DNA of 64,000 nucleotides from Parasitella parasitica NRRL 2501 (Eukaryota; Fungi; Mucoromycota): positions 86,425 through 150,424 of the forward strand of contig MU619250.1 of NCBI GenBank assembly GCA_025201805.1, given 5' to 3'. Both the position numbers and the translations under genes were made by a program. Shown here in pieces: positions 42,891 to 54,139 of this stretch (position 1 is the stretch's first letter; each line of letters begins with the position of its first letter). Below the pieces are notes generated by a model. It did no database searches. It was not told where the DNA came from and saw only the letters and a list, made by a program, of their open reading frames with translations.

Positions 42891-44087
42891 GTCGAGAAAC
42901 TAAATTTGTTATAGGTTAGTAATGGAAAGCCGTTTATTTGATCAAAGCAACAATCTTACTTGTAATAAGTTTTGTCTCTAAACAAAAGCAACGAAACCAA
43001 ATAGACCTTATTTTAAAATGGACACCCCCACACAATATTACAGATACCAATCCCTCAAAAATCAGGCGAATCATAACCAGGGGGTGGTTCATAAAGAAGC
43101 CTTTTCGAAGAGTAGCAACTCTGCCGCGACGACGTCACGTTAACCTAGTTTCCCCGCTTAGTTAATGTGATCTGGAGGATCAAATTTGCTTTAATGGTCC
43201 AAAAGTTCATGAATTGAAGTGTGGCCTGCAAAAAAGACCATTATTATTTTTCTTTATTGTTTTTAAATATTGGATTTCTGTTACTGTTTCACTCTGATGC
43301 TCATGTTAACCTAGCACAAATTTAAAAAAATAGGCATTAAATTTCATACGAACGTGCTGCATGTTTCTCACTTCATGTGTATTGTGGCATTTTTTTTTTT
43401 CTACTTTAATTTGTCGATTCATTACAAAAAGAGATTTCAACTGCAGTGTGAATATGGATCATGAATCTCCCAGGGCAGCCTGTTAAAGGTTGCTTCTCTC
43501 GGTATTTTATGGTGTAATCTAGTTTTTCAAATGCTATAGATGTAAGATATAATATTGAGCCACCGGTATATCCTTTCGCTCATGCTTTTTTCTTCTCTTT
43601 TCATCCATATATTGTGGTTGAAGCTTACAGTGAACATTTTAAATCTCCGCCAATTGATCGTTATCACATCTCTGAAGAAAACAAGCACAAGTATGTCTAG
43701 TTTAGACAGCGAGCATTAAAGCCTGTAATGTATAAACTCATTAAGTATTGAAAAAGTTGTTTGATGTCGACAAAAAAAGACTTAGAAAGTATATATTTGA
43801 GAAATGATTTTCGCCATCAATAGTTGTTAATCCAAATTGTGAATGATACTTGGCAATTTGACTCTTGGAAATTTAAATACTGAGAAGCATACATGCATTG
43901 CGTAGTCAAAGTACCGATTTAATCATGAGTTGTCAGAGCAGAGTAGCTTACATATCGTATTGAAGAACTTTCCATTACAAATCAAATGTCAAACGTGACT
44001 CGGGGGCTTTCATACTTTTTTTTTTTTTTTCAAACTTTTTTTTTTCTTGATCTCTTTTTAGTCTGCTATATTAAACACTAGAGAACG

Positions 44088-45663
44088 ATGTCTGCTCCTG
44101 AAAAAGTATGTTAATCAAGTATAGACTCATGTTAATAGAGACATCGAAAATTGATTATTTTAATAATAATAATAAAAAATCACCATATAGCTCGAAGAAG
44201 AAATCGATAATCTTGTCCAAGATGAATATGTCCAAGAGGCCGATGTGGAAGAGGAAGAGGTTCCCGACTTAACTCAAGGAGAACCTATGGATGATGATGA
44301 TGACGAAGAAGATATTGATGGTAACAACGATATCAATTATTGCCAATTGAAAGCCTCATTATAAGCAACATTTAGACTCTGCAGATGGCTTTGAAGTAAG
44401 ACCCAATCCCGATGATGAGAATACCATGGAGCTTGTCGATGATTCAGTGCAAGGTTTCTTCGATCATCGCGAACCTGTCTACGCAATTGCTATGCATCCT
44501 ACTAGTAACGGCATCATTGTAAGTGGCGGTGGCGATGACAAGAGTTATTTATGGCGTTGTGATACTGGTGAGATGATGAAATGCCTCGATGGTCATACCG
44601 ATTCCGTAACAGCTGTTTCTTTCAGCTGCGACGGCAAATATGTTGCATCTGCTTCTATGGACGGCAAGGTGCTTGTATGGAATGCTGAGACTGGCGATTT
44701 CTGTGTTTCAGTTGAAGGTCCTGATGATATTATTTGGATCGACTGGCATCCAAAGGGCAACATTTTGTTGGCTGGTGCTAATGATTCAACCATTTGGATG
44801 TGGGCTTGTAAGTGATTTAATGGTAGTCATATAGAAGATAGGCTAATTATATGAATTAGTACCTTCTGGTAAATTCATGAATATTTTCAATGGGCATGCT
44901 GGCCCTGTCACTGCTGGCTGTTTTACACCTGATGGCAAAAAGATTGTTTCAACTTCTGAGGACTCTAGTCTCATTATTTGGGATCCTAAATCTGCAGTTG
45001 CTGAATTCCGTTTGTCTGGTGACGATGCTCGCTTCCATGCTGACGCTGTTACATCTGTTTGTGTCAACAAGGATAGCACTTTGGCTATCACCGGCGATGC
45101 AGCTGGCAAAGCTAGACTAATTAATATATTGAATGGCAATGTAGGTTGCGCAATTTTGAAGTCATTTTTACATTTCACTTACCTGTATTTTAGATTGTTG
45201 CTTCTTTGGAAAATCATACCGACTCTGTGGAGACATCCTCATTCTGTGATGTGTAAGTATAAGACATGTCAGTTGGTTGTTTCCTCTTTAACATTTGGAT
45301 ACAGTCTTCCTTTGGCTGCCACTGGTTCAGTTGATGGCACCGTTTCCATTTGGGATGTACAAACTCAACGTCTTCGTGCTACTTTGAGTCATGAAGATGC
45401 CGTTGTCAAGGCGAAATTTGTTAAAAACTCTCCCATGCTAGCCACATGTTCAGCAGATAGAACTGTGAAAATGTGGGATGCTCGTACTGGCCAATGCGTC
45501 AAGTCTTGGTCTGGTCATCGTGATACCGTTCTTGATATTGCCGTCTCTGAGTAAGTGTGCTGCTGCATAGTCTTGTATCCTGCTAACTTTAAGGCTTTGT
45601 AGTGATGGTAATGTTATCTGCTCTGCTTCTGATGATGGTACCTGCTTGGTATTCAGCATGTAG
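44088..45663 (+). CDS. SQT1: WD40 protein Sqt1/AAMP (Rpl10 chaperone), multi-exon
   Basis: Acidic N-terminus, DDSVQGFFDH, SGGGDD, WIDWHPKGNILLAGA and GCFTPDGK; multiple WD repeats. Confidence 0.88.
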
Positions 45664-46573
45664 AGAAGAAACAGTCTTTTTTTCTTTTTGTATTTTTTAG
45701 AGCGCTCATCATATGTATAAATAAAACATGAAAAATGTATAAATCAGGACAAGCATTTATCGTAAACTTTTAGAGATGGTTTGCATGATTTTCAACAACT
45801 AACTATTGGTCAATATGTTGAAGGCTTTATACAAAATTTTGAAAACTCAATATCTTCCGAAAAAAGGATGGAATACACACAAATTAATAAAAGAATTTTT
45901 TTTATTCAATGCAGTATAAAGAGCTGTGAATATAACACTTTATTTTGTTTGAGTATACTGGAAATCTCTTGCTGAATATTCTCTGTGGAAAACAAAGCGT
46001 ATTTGCCATGTTAGATCCAAGCAAACATAGCCTTTTTTTTTTTAAAAAAAAAAAATTCATAACACTGAGCGAATGTATAAACAAGCAAATTTCACGTTTT
46101 TGTTTCAGAAAAGACACAATGACCTTAAATTAACACGGAGGCAATGTTCTTTGTAATTTACAAGGCAACGACCTACATCTCTATTTAAAGATTTGTGCTA
46201 CTTTTGATTTATCGGCGTTATTTTAAAGGATGCCAATCTCAATTTCTACGTTGTCTTCATAACTAGTCAAGCAAAACTTCAGATCTAGATATAGTCTATT
46301 TGATACAAAACCGATCAGGCCTGTTGCCCATTACAATGATGAATGTCTACCAAATGAAGTCGGTGCGGTTGATACGCATTTACGGCTTCGAGACCTATGA
46401 TGACGTGGTAAACACATCAATTGGTTTTTCGTTCTCACCTATTAGACCTCGAGGTTTTTTTCCTTTTTTCTTGTTCTTTTTTTAAAAACTCTTTTTCTTT
46501 TATTATAGTTTTCTTTTAACCACACAAACGTATATAAAACATATATCCTCAAAAAGTTGATATATCATTCAAA

Positions 46574-48116
46574 ATGTCGTTAGAAGGAAGAGAAATTATT
46601 ATCGGCACCAAGTACAAACTAGGCCGAAAGATTGGCGCTGGTTCTTTTGGTGAAATTTATTTGGGTAAGAAGGTTAAAAAGCAAAATTCATCGTCTTGAG
46701 GGTTAACAAAAACCCAAAATTTAAAGGTACAAACATTATGAGTGGCGAAGATATTGCTGTAAAGCTAGAAAGTATTCGTGCTGCTCATCCCCAACTCGAA
46801 TATGAAGCTAGAGTTTATAAAACATTGGCTGGTGGTGTCGGTATCCCCTTTGTTAGGTGGTACGGAAGAGAAGGTGACTTTAACGTACTGGTTATGGATT
46901 TGCTGGGGCCCTCTATGGAAGACTTGTTCAACTATTGCAAGCGTCGCTTCTCACTTAAAACTGTGCTACTGTTAGCCGATCAATTGGTAAGCAAGATTAG
47001 CTTTATACAGGAATACAAGTTTACTAAACAACCATCGACGTTTAGTTATCTCGCGTAGAATATGTCCATTCTAAAGGTCTTTTTTNNNNNNNNNNTTTTT
47101 TTCATTATTATCGACATTTACATTCTATTAACGTCTTATTGTTGTAGGCTTCATTCATCGAGATATAAAACCCGATAACTTTTTAATGGGTATTGGTAAA
47201 CGTGGGAATCAAGTTAACATGATTGATTTTGGTTTGGCTAAAAGATATAGAGATCCAAAGAGTAATGTACATATACCCTACAGAGAAAATAAAAATCTGA
47301 CTGGTACACCACGATATGCTAGTGTCAATACTCATTTGGGAATAGGTAACAGCTTCATTTGTCGCCATGTTAACAATATTCTAACGCGTTTATTTCCTGT
47401 GTAGAACAATCACGGCGTGATGACCTTGAATCACTAGGCTACATCTTGGTGTATTTCTGTCGAGGTCAGCTACCTTGGCAGGGTATTCGAGCCAGGACAA
47501 AGAAAGAAAAATACGATAAAATCATGGAAAAGAAGATGACCACACCTGCAGACGCATTATGTCGTGGCTTGCATCAGGAGTTCGCAATATACCTCAATTA
47601 TGTACGATCTCTTCGCTTTGACGATAAACCTGATTATTCCTACCTTCGCAAATTGTTTCGAGATTTGTTTGTTCGTGAGGGATTTCAATATGATTATGTC
47701 TTTGATTGGACCATCCGCAAATTGGTAAGTGAAAAGACGATTATAAAGAAATCAATAATTAGAATATCAACCTTTTGTTTCTAACTTCTCCTTAATTATA
47801 GCAAGAAAAGAAGGCCTATCAAGCTCCAGATAATGGTTTAAATTCTCTGAATGCATATATGGGATCTACCCCTCCATACGATCCCAACCGAATGACTACT
47901 GGCGCACCGTTGCCTTCTGCCAACCCTAGAGCTAATTACCGCTCAGAGACTCAATCGCCTGAAACTTCTAAGCGTTTAGATGATGTTATGCTACAGTATC
48001 AGCAACAGCAGAAAATGCTCCAGCATAACGCTCCTTATTTCCCTAACGGTCCCGGCGTACCTACTAGTCAACAATTGCAACAGCAAAAAGCCCAACAACA
48101 GAAAGTTCAACAGCAT

Positions 48117-48155
<39 letters not shown>

Positions 48156-48735
48156 TTAACGTCACCAACAAATTACCAAACTCCATACCACTTTGGATAT
48201 ACTGGAACAGGAGGAGGTAGAATGCTGGTTAAAGATAATCAACAACAGTTAGGTGGTAAGTGTGACAGAAAGAGGGCATCGGCTGATGAACCAAGCCCTA
48301 TCGAATCAAGCATTGCTGATCCTCTTTTCTCTGTTAAACGTACACATCACTCCCACTCACAAACAGGAGCTTCAAGTAATAGAGTGTAAGTCATTTTTTC
48401 CTCGATCTAAGATGAAGAATTGAAAAAATAATAAATTGACCCTTAGTCTACGTAGCCAAACAAAACCAGGATATGGATCTTCACAACAGCATCAGCAGCA
48501 ATACATGAATAGCAGCTCATTCCTTCCTGATACCAACTCGAATAATATTAATAACAACAACAACGGTAGCAATGCCAATCCATATTTACCTGAGCAAAAT
48601 GATAACGACGAAGGTGGTTATATTCGCAAACAAAGTGACATACAAAACATCATGGATGAACGTAAGCCCTCTTTGCAATCTCCTTCTAAACCATTTCATT
48701 TAGTAAATACCAATCAACTTTATGAAGATTTTTAA
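46574..48735 (+). CDS. Casein kinase I (Hrr25/Hhp1-like) with Gln/Asn-rich C-terminal tail
   Basis: [55 protein letters not shown] and DYVFDW. A 10-N gap lies in an intron (47086-47095). Confidence 0.95.
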
Positions 48736-48799
48736 TATATCTCCTTCTCTGCGTCTTTTTTTTTTTCTTTATTTTTTATATATAATCTCTCCGTCCGTC

Positions 48800-48846
48800 T
48801 GCCTGTCTGTGTCTGTGTCTGTGTCTGTGTCTGTCTCTGTCTCTGT
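48800..48846. repeat. (TGTGTC/TCTGTC)n microsatellite in CK1 3' region
   Basis: Seen directly in the sequence. Confidence 0.85.
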
Positions 48847-49363
48847 CCTTGTGTCTTTGCGTGTTTGCGAATATGTACGTTTGTGTACCTTGTTTTGATA
48901 TGTCACATTTGATTTCTGCCTTTTCTGCTATTGAATGTTTGCTTTGCTAGACAGATTCTTTTAAAGCGTATCAACACTTGAACATACGTTGAACTGCACA
49001 ACAAACCATCTACACTAAACCAATTCCATTATCAAACAAATCTATTCCACAATAAATCATATTATAAATCAAATTAATATGCATGGAGGTAACGAAATGT
49101 ACCTTTTTTTTTTATGGCGTGCATCATAGCGCTTGCTTGTTACGGATTTTTTTGACTCGAGTGATCGAGGCCACCTGCATTTTATGCGGATTGCATGGTT
49201 TTCATTGTTCATCAGCGTATTTTAGATGAAGAATGATGCGCGGGAGAGCATCATCTGTGACTCCATCGCGTGAAACCTGTTGTCAAAGATTTTGTTTGAC
49301 AGACAAATTTTTTGTGAGCTGTTTTACCCCTTAGACACAGACATCCGCATACATACAATCAAA

Positions 49364-50062
49364 ATGATGGTGCAAGAGGTCTGGGTTGTTAGACATGGAT
49401 ACCGCGAAGATTGGGTAAATGAGACACCTTTTCTCCCAACAAATCTGCGCAACGATCCACCTCTTTCAGAACTAGGGAAGAAGCAATCTCAAGAAGTGGC
49501 AAATTATCTCAAAGATAAATCCATTGATCGCATTTACTCCTCTCCGATGTACCGAGTACTGGAAACAGTGTATCCATTAGTCAAGGAATGCGACATTCCT
49601 CTTTTTGTTGATTATAGCATGGCCGAGTTTTACGGTGTTGCTCATGGCGCCTATTTACCAGTTGCACCCTTAACAGAATTGAAGCAACTCTTCCCAAAGT
49701 TAAACATCACTGACCACGAATCAAGCGTGCCTTTACCAAGTGGCGTTGAAACTGTCCATGAGTGTCATTTGCGTGTCAAAAAAGGCTTGGACATACTCAT
49801 TGCAAACTTGGATGCTGAGCCAGATTCCCCTCATACCATTTTACTTTCAGGTCATGCAGCTTCGGCCATTGCTGCTGTCAGAGCATTGCTAAGAGATTCA
49901 AATTATCCAGTGCGTTGCGGCACTTGCTCTCTGTCCCGTCTAGTCCGACAACAAGATGGCACCTGGTGTTTGATGGAGAATGGCAGTTGCAATCATCTTA
50001 GCGATGGCGAGCAGCGGTCTTGGATGTTTGCTGGAGATATCCCAGATTATGATTACAAATAA
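49364..50062 (+). CDS. Histidine phosphatase / phosphoglycerate-mutase family protein (Tfc7/tau55-like), intronless
   Basis: VVRHGYRED, DPPLSELGKKQ, IYSSPMYRVLET, LSGHAASAIA and NGSCNHLSDGEQRSW. Confidence 0.9.
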   Translation: MMVQEVWVVRHGYREDWVNETPFLPTNLRNDPPLSELGKKQSQEVANYLKDKSIDRIYSSPMYRVLETVYPLVKECDIPLFVDYSMAEFYGVAHGAYLPVAPLTELKQLFPKLNITDHESSVPLPSGVETVHECHLRVKKGLDILIANLDAEPDSPHTILLSGHAASAIAAVRALLRDSNYPVRCGTCSLSRLVRQQDGTWCLMENGSCNHLSDGEQRSWMFAGDIPDYDYK

Positions 50063-50086
50063 CTGTACAAAATAAACCAATTTTAT

Positions 50087-50562
50087 TCATTCTTTATCGC
50101 CTAATGATCTTTTAACTTCCTGTCGAAGTTCAAACAGTTGGCCTAATTGTTCATCGCTCATTTTATCTAATATTTCAGAATCGATCTTCTTTCCCCAACC
50201 TCCATCAGCAGGAGTATTGAAACTTCTAACGAGTGGGTCGTGTGAAGGTGCAGAGGAATCTTGGGGTAATGGCGCTGTTTGTGTTTGCATCATATGCAAA
50301 TATCTATACATGGGGAGGGGGAGAGGTATATTTAATTACAGATTTTAGGTAGAGTCAGTGCTTGACCTTACGATTGCCATTGAGACACAAATCCAACTAT
50401 ATGTGCTGGATTATCAATGTCTTTGTGTCGTCTGAATTCGTCTTTGACGTAATCATCACCTAACGACCGCATTGCTGGCGGCAGTGAGCGATGAGAGCGC
50501 AAAATCTCTCTATAAAGCTTAAGAGGAGCCATCAGTACTTGCGCTTGTTGAGGGTTTGGCAT
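50087..50562 (-). CDS. SDHAF3: Succinate dehydrogenase assembly factor 3 (Acn9/Sdh7, LYR family); one intron
   Basis: PLKLYREILRSHRSLPPAMRSLGDDYVKDEFRRHK...GFVSQWQ...MSDEQLGQLFEL. Confidence 0.93.
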
Positions 50563-50748
50563 CGTTTTTATCAATGAAAAAAGCAAAGAGAGAAAAAAGA
50601 CCGAGTTACTCAACCCTGTTCTAAGTTTAAATATCCTTCCATTTTGATTGAAGGGGGAAGGAAAGGGTGGGCATATCTTTCGCCACATCCGTCTGAAATT
50701 TTTCATTTTCGTTTTTTTTTTTTTTCGTAAAATTGAAGGCGCTGGAAT

Positions 50749-50899
50749 TATTCAGATCTTTCATAAACACGCCCCTAGTAACAAGGTGGGTGGCCAGGCG
50801 TACTTCGTCATATCTCCAAGAACACACAAGGCATTCACGGAGGGTGGTCGTTTAGCAGCCGTGAAATATCATCATTATTTCCATGAAATGGAAGGATCA
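50749..50899 (-). ncRNA. snR45: U13/snR45-type box C/D snoRNA (18S rRNA helix-45 acetylation guide)
   Basis: On the - strand: TGATCCTTCC (50899-50890) antisense to 18S GGAAGGATCA, box C ATGATGA (50875-50869), internal ACCTTGTTAC (50787-50778) antisense to 18S GTAACAAGGT, and box D CTGA (50755-50752). Internal stems TTCACGG/CCGTGAA and ACGCC/GGCGT. Confidence 0.88.
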
Positions 50900-51171
50900 A
50901 GGGTTCTCATGGCGGCAGGATTCGCCATTGGGGTTGAGCAAGACACAATGTGAGTTCGAATTGTGGTTGTGATTTTTAATACATTTTTGCAATCAATAAA
51001 TACGTTTTATACTCTTTAATACACAGTACAACAAAGCTATGGCTGCAAACCGCAATTGTGCTCAAAAGCAGCTTGAAATGCAACAATTGTTAATTATTCA
51101 CATTATGCAAAATGGCAATAATGAACGCTTTATTTATCAACATTCATTAATGGCATTGAAACGCATTTGCT

Positions 51172-53369
51172 CTAATCCTCTTTCTTTTTGGCAAGCCCAT
51201 TTTTTTTATACTCCATGAGCTCATCGCCAATAGCTTCAACAACTTGATGAAGGTCATGCCTTGCTTGTTCTTCAGACGCACCACGTAATTCTGAATAATA
51301 CTTGATCTTTGGTTCAGTACCACTGTAAAAGTATGATTGGTTAATTCGCAGTATGTTTTCTTACTTTTGCCCTACCTTGTACGAATGGTGAATACGGTAT
51401 GGTTATCTAAACGGAAAGTAATCATTTCAGAAGATGCAGAGACAGGCAAAGTAGGTTCATTATCAGAAGTAGCTGAATCGTACCCAACAGTCAAGTCTCT
51501 AATGCCAATAACCTTATGACCACCAACTGTTTCTGGATAGCACAATTTATGTCCTCCCTGGAGTATTTCTCTTTAACGCCAAAATTTCATACTGCATTTT
51601 ATCCACATTACCTTTGCATTTTCTCTGTGCTCTTTATCACCAAAACGGATACGATCAAATATCTTTGTGATTTTCTTTTTATCATCACAGATAAAGTAGG
51701 AATTTTCGCTTACAAAATAGCCATACTTTTTGTACAATTCTTCCAAATAGTCATAAGCAGTGACTCCACGCTTATAGAGTTGGACAGCCCACTCTGAAAA
51801 GAAAGCCAAAGCACTTACACCGTCTTTATCTTTTACGATATTTCCAATAGTAAATCCAATAGCTTCTTCGTAAGAGAAAATAACATTTAGTCTTTGCTTT
51901 TCCAGGCGCATTGCAGTATTGCCTATCCATTTGAAACCAGTCAATGATTCTTCAAATGTAAAGCCCTCCACTTGGGCCATACGGGCGAGGAATTTGGATG
52001 ACACTGTACTGGCTACCATAGCCAAATGCTCCGGCTTTTGTCCACTAGCAATAGCTTTCTCAAAAGAGGCTGCTCCCAAGATAGAACCAATTTGGTTACC
52101 TGTGAATATAACCCATTCACCACTAATAAATGTACACTGTTGATCAAATGTCATGTACAACATATAAAAAAAATGAGAGGCTTACTTTGATTGCTTTTCA
52201 GCAATAGCTAAACGATCAGCATCAGGATCATTAGCCAGAATAATATTACCACCTTTTTCATTAGCGGTCTTGATCGCTAGATTTAACGCACCTTTGCCTT
52301 CCTCTGGATTGGGAAAAACAACAGTAGGAAAGTCAGGATCAGGTAAAATCTGAGCTTCGACAGGCTCAAAAGGCGGCAATCCAAAACAAGCAAATGCACG
52401 CTTAGCAAATGGTGTGCCCACACCGTGCATTGCTGTATAGACAAACTTGACCTTGGTGTCTTGATTATCTTGCTTGTTTGTACATAGTGCTTCCACTTCT
52501 TTGAAGTAGGCGTCAATGACACCTTCGTCTGTGGGATCTCTTACCAGATCGCTCGTTGAGACTAAATTATAGTTCCAGCTCCAAGGCTCCAAATTCTCCA
52601 AGATTGTAGCGGCAATGCCTTGGTCGTGAGGAGGAATGATTTGGCATGCATTTTCCCAATATACTTTGTAGCCGTTATCGTCTTTTGGGTTCTATCTGTC
52701 TTTGTTGAATACCGAACCACTGTTGAACATTCCACTTACATGAGATGCCGTGATCATAACACCACCTGCTGCATGGAGTTTCTTGATAGTATAAGGCTAT
52801 ACAATATTATTTTTTTGTCAGATTGCTGTTGGCACTGAATACACTGCTAATGCTATTTTAATACTTGCCACCATAGGAGTGTGAACCAGTTCCTTGTAAA
52901 ACCAAACTTTGAACCCACGTTGAATGAATGCAGAAGCTGTTAGCTGCGCAAATTCCTTTGAATGGTGGCGATGATCATGCCCAACAACGACGCCTCTGTT
53001 TTTGGCATCCTTGACAGTCTTTTCGATATAGATTGCAAGACCTTGGGATGCTTGAAGTACTGTCAAGTCATTCATTCTAGAGAAGCCAGCCTCCATTCTT
53101 GCTCGCAAACCTAGGCCAATTGTCAAAAGGTATTTTTGTGCTCAATTGTATTAAAGTACCTGCAGTTCCAAATTCAATACGGGTAGAGAGTCTCTTTTGG
53201 AGTTCTGCGATGTTGCCTGCTTCTTGGAGCGCGATGATTTCATTGCGTGTCTCTTCATTCTAATCAAATATCATTTGAATTGAACCCTCTTCTGTTTAAA
53301 TATCATCAAATAAAGTACCTTGTCAACCGCAAGCCATTTAGCTACAAGTGTATCGATTGATTCTGACAT
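51172..53369 (-). CDS. PGM2: Phosphoglucomutase-2 / phosphopentomutase (alpha-D-phosphohexomutase), multi-exon
   Basis: EFGTAG|LRA, ITASH|NPKDDNGYK, YTAMHGVG, PNPEEG, NDPDADR, LTGFKW, YEEAIG, KDKDG and GTEPKIK. Confidence 0.95.
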
Positions 53370-54040
53370 TTTTTTATTAGTGTTGCAATGAAAAGAAAAA
53401 GAGTGTAAGCACTTTGTTGTCTTATGCCAACATCAAAGGATGTCCTATAAACACCCTCGATTATAGAAATCTGGCCATGTTTCACAGTTTGCGTTTGCAT
53501 GATAGAGTTCCTCGGTTGAGGCGCCTGCTGCCTCGACAAGTTGACACTCAAACAAATTGCACTTTACAATAAAAGTAAAAGATACAATAGAAGATGCATA
53601 TTCTCATATTGTCCTATGACAACATTAATATAATGCAATAACGTTGGAGTTGAAAATTGTTTAAATAAAAAGAAGCATTTCAAAGGCTAATCAGAATTTT
53701 TTTGTGCGGATTTGAACATTTGGTACAATACAACCATGAATCATGTCTTTTTATTTTTCCATGGGTTTTCAAAGCGTTTTGGGGATAGAGAAGAGCCTCT
53801 TTGCTGCATGTGAGAAGTGGGAAAGTGCTAGTATATCATTGCCTGCTACTCGAGGCCCATCTGAACAGCTCGATATGGCTCTTTTCGCAACTTTATACTT
53901 GTGTTTTGAGTCTGGCAATGCAAGCCCAAACTGCAAATGACTGCGACAAACCTCTTGCAATACGGGCATTTGATCTACCTCCATCACAGAACAACCTTTG
54001 ATCAGTCACTGCAAAGTCACTGGTGAAGGGAAATCGAAGC

Positions 54041-54092
54041 ACGCGCTGAGAAGCATCCTCAGCCGCGTTCTTATTAATTCAGCCAGACGCGA
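54041..54092. promoter_or_regulatory. Cluster of three CGCG-core (MCB-like) elements upstream of SCC3
   Basis: ACGCG 54041-54045, CGCGT 54064-54068 and ACGCGA 54087-54092 lie within 100 bp of the ATG in AT-rich DNA. Confidence 0.5.
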
Positions 54093-54139
54093 TCGTTCAA
54101 ACACTCTTCTTCCTTTCATAACCTCACTTTACTTGAACA

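Noticed and set aside
46160-46300. Group I intron R/S-like words (CAACGACCTAC, AGATATAGTCT)
   Set aside because: No P/Q elements or supporting helices; short matches are expected by chance.
50648-50953. 101-aa + strand ORF
   Set aside because: No protein features; it is the antisense of the U13-type snoRNA plus a poly-T tract.
50961-50971. TTGTGGTTGTG, whose complement resembles a telomerase template for TTGTGG repeats
   Set aside because: It would be sequestered in a local hairpin, the downstream structure is explained by the snoRNA, and the host telomere repeat is unknown.
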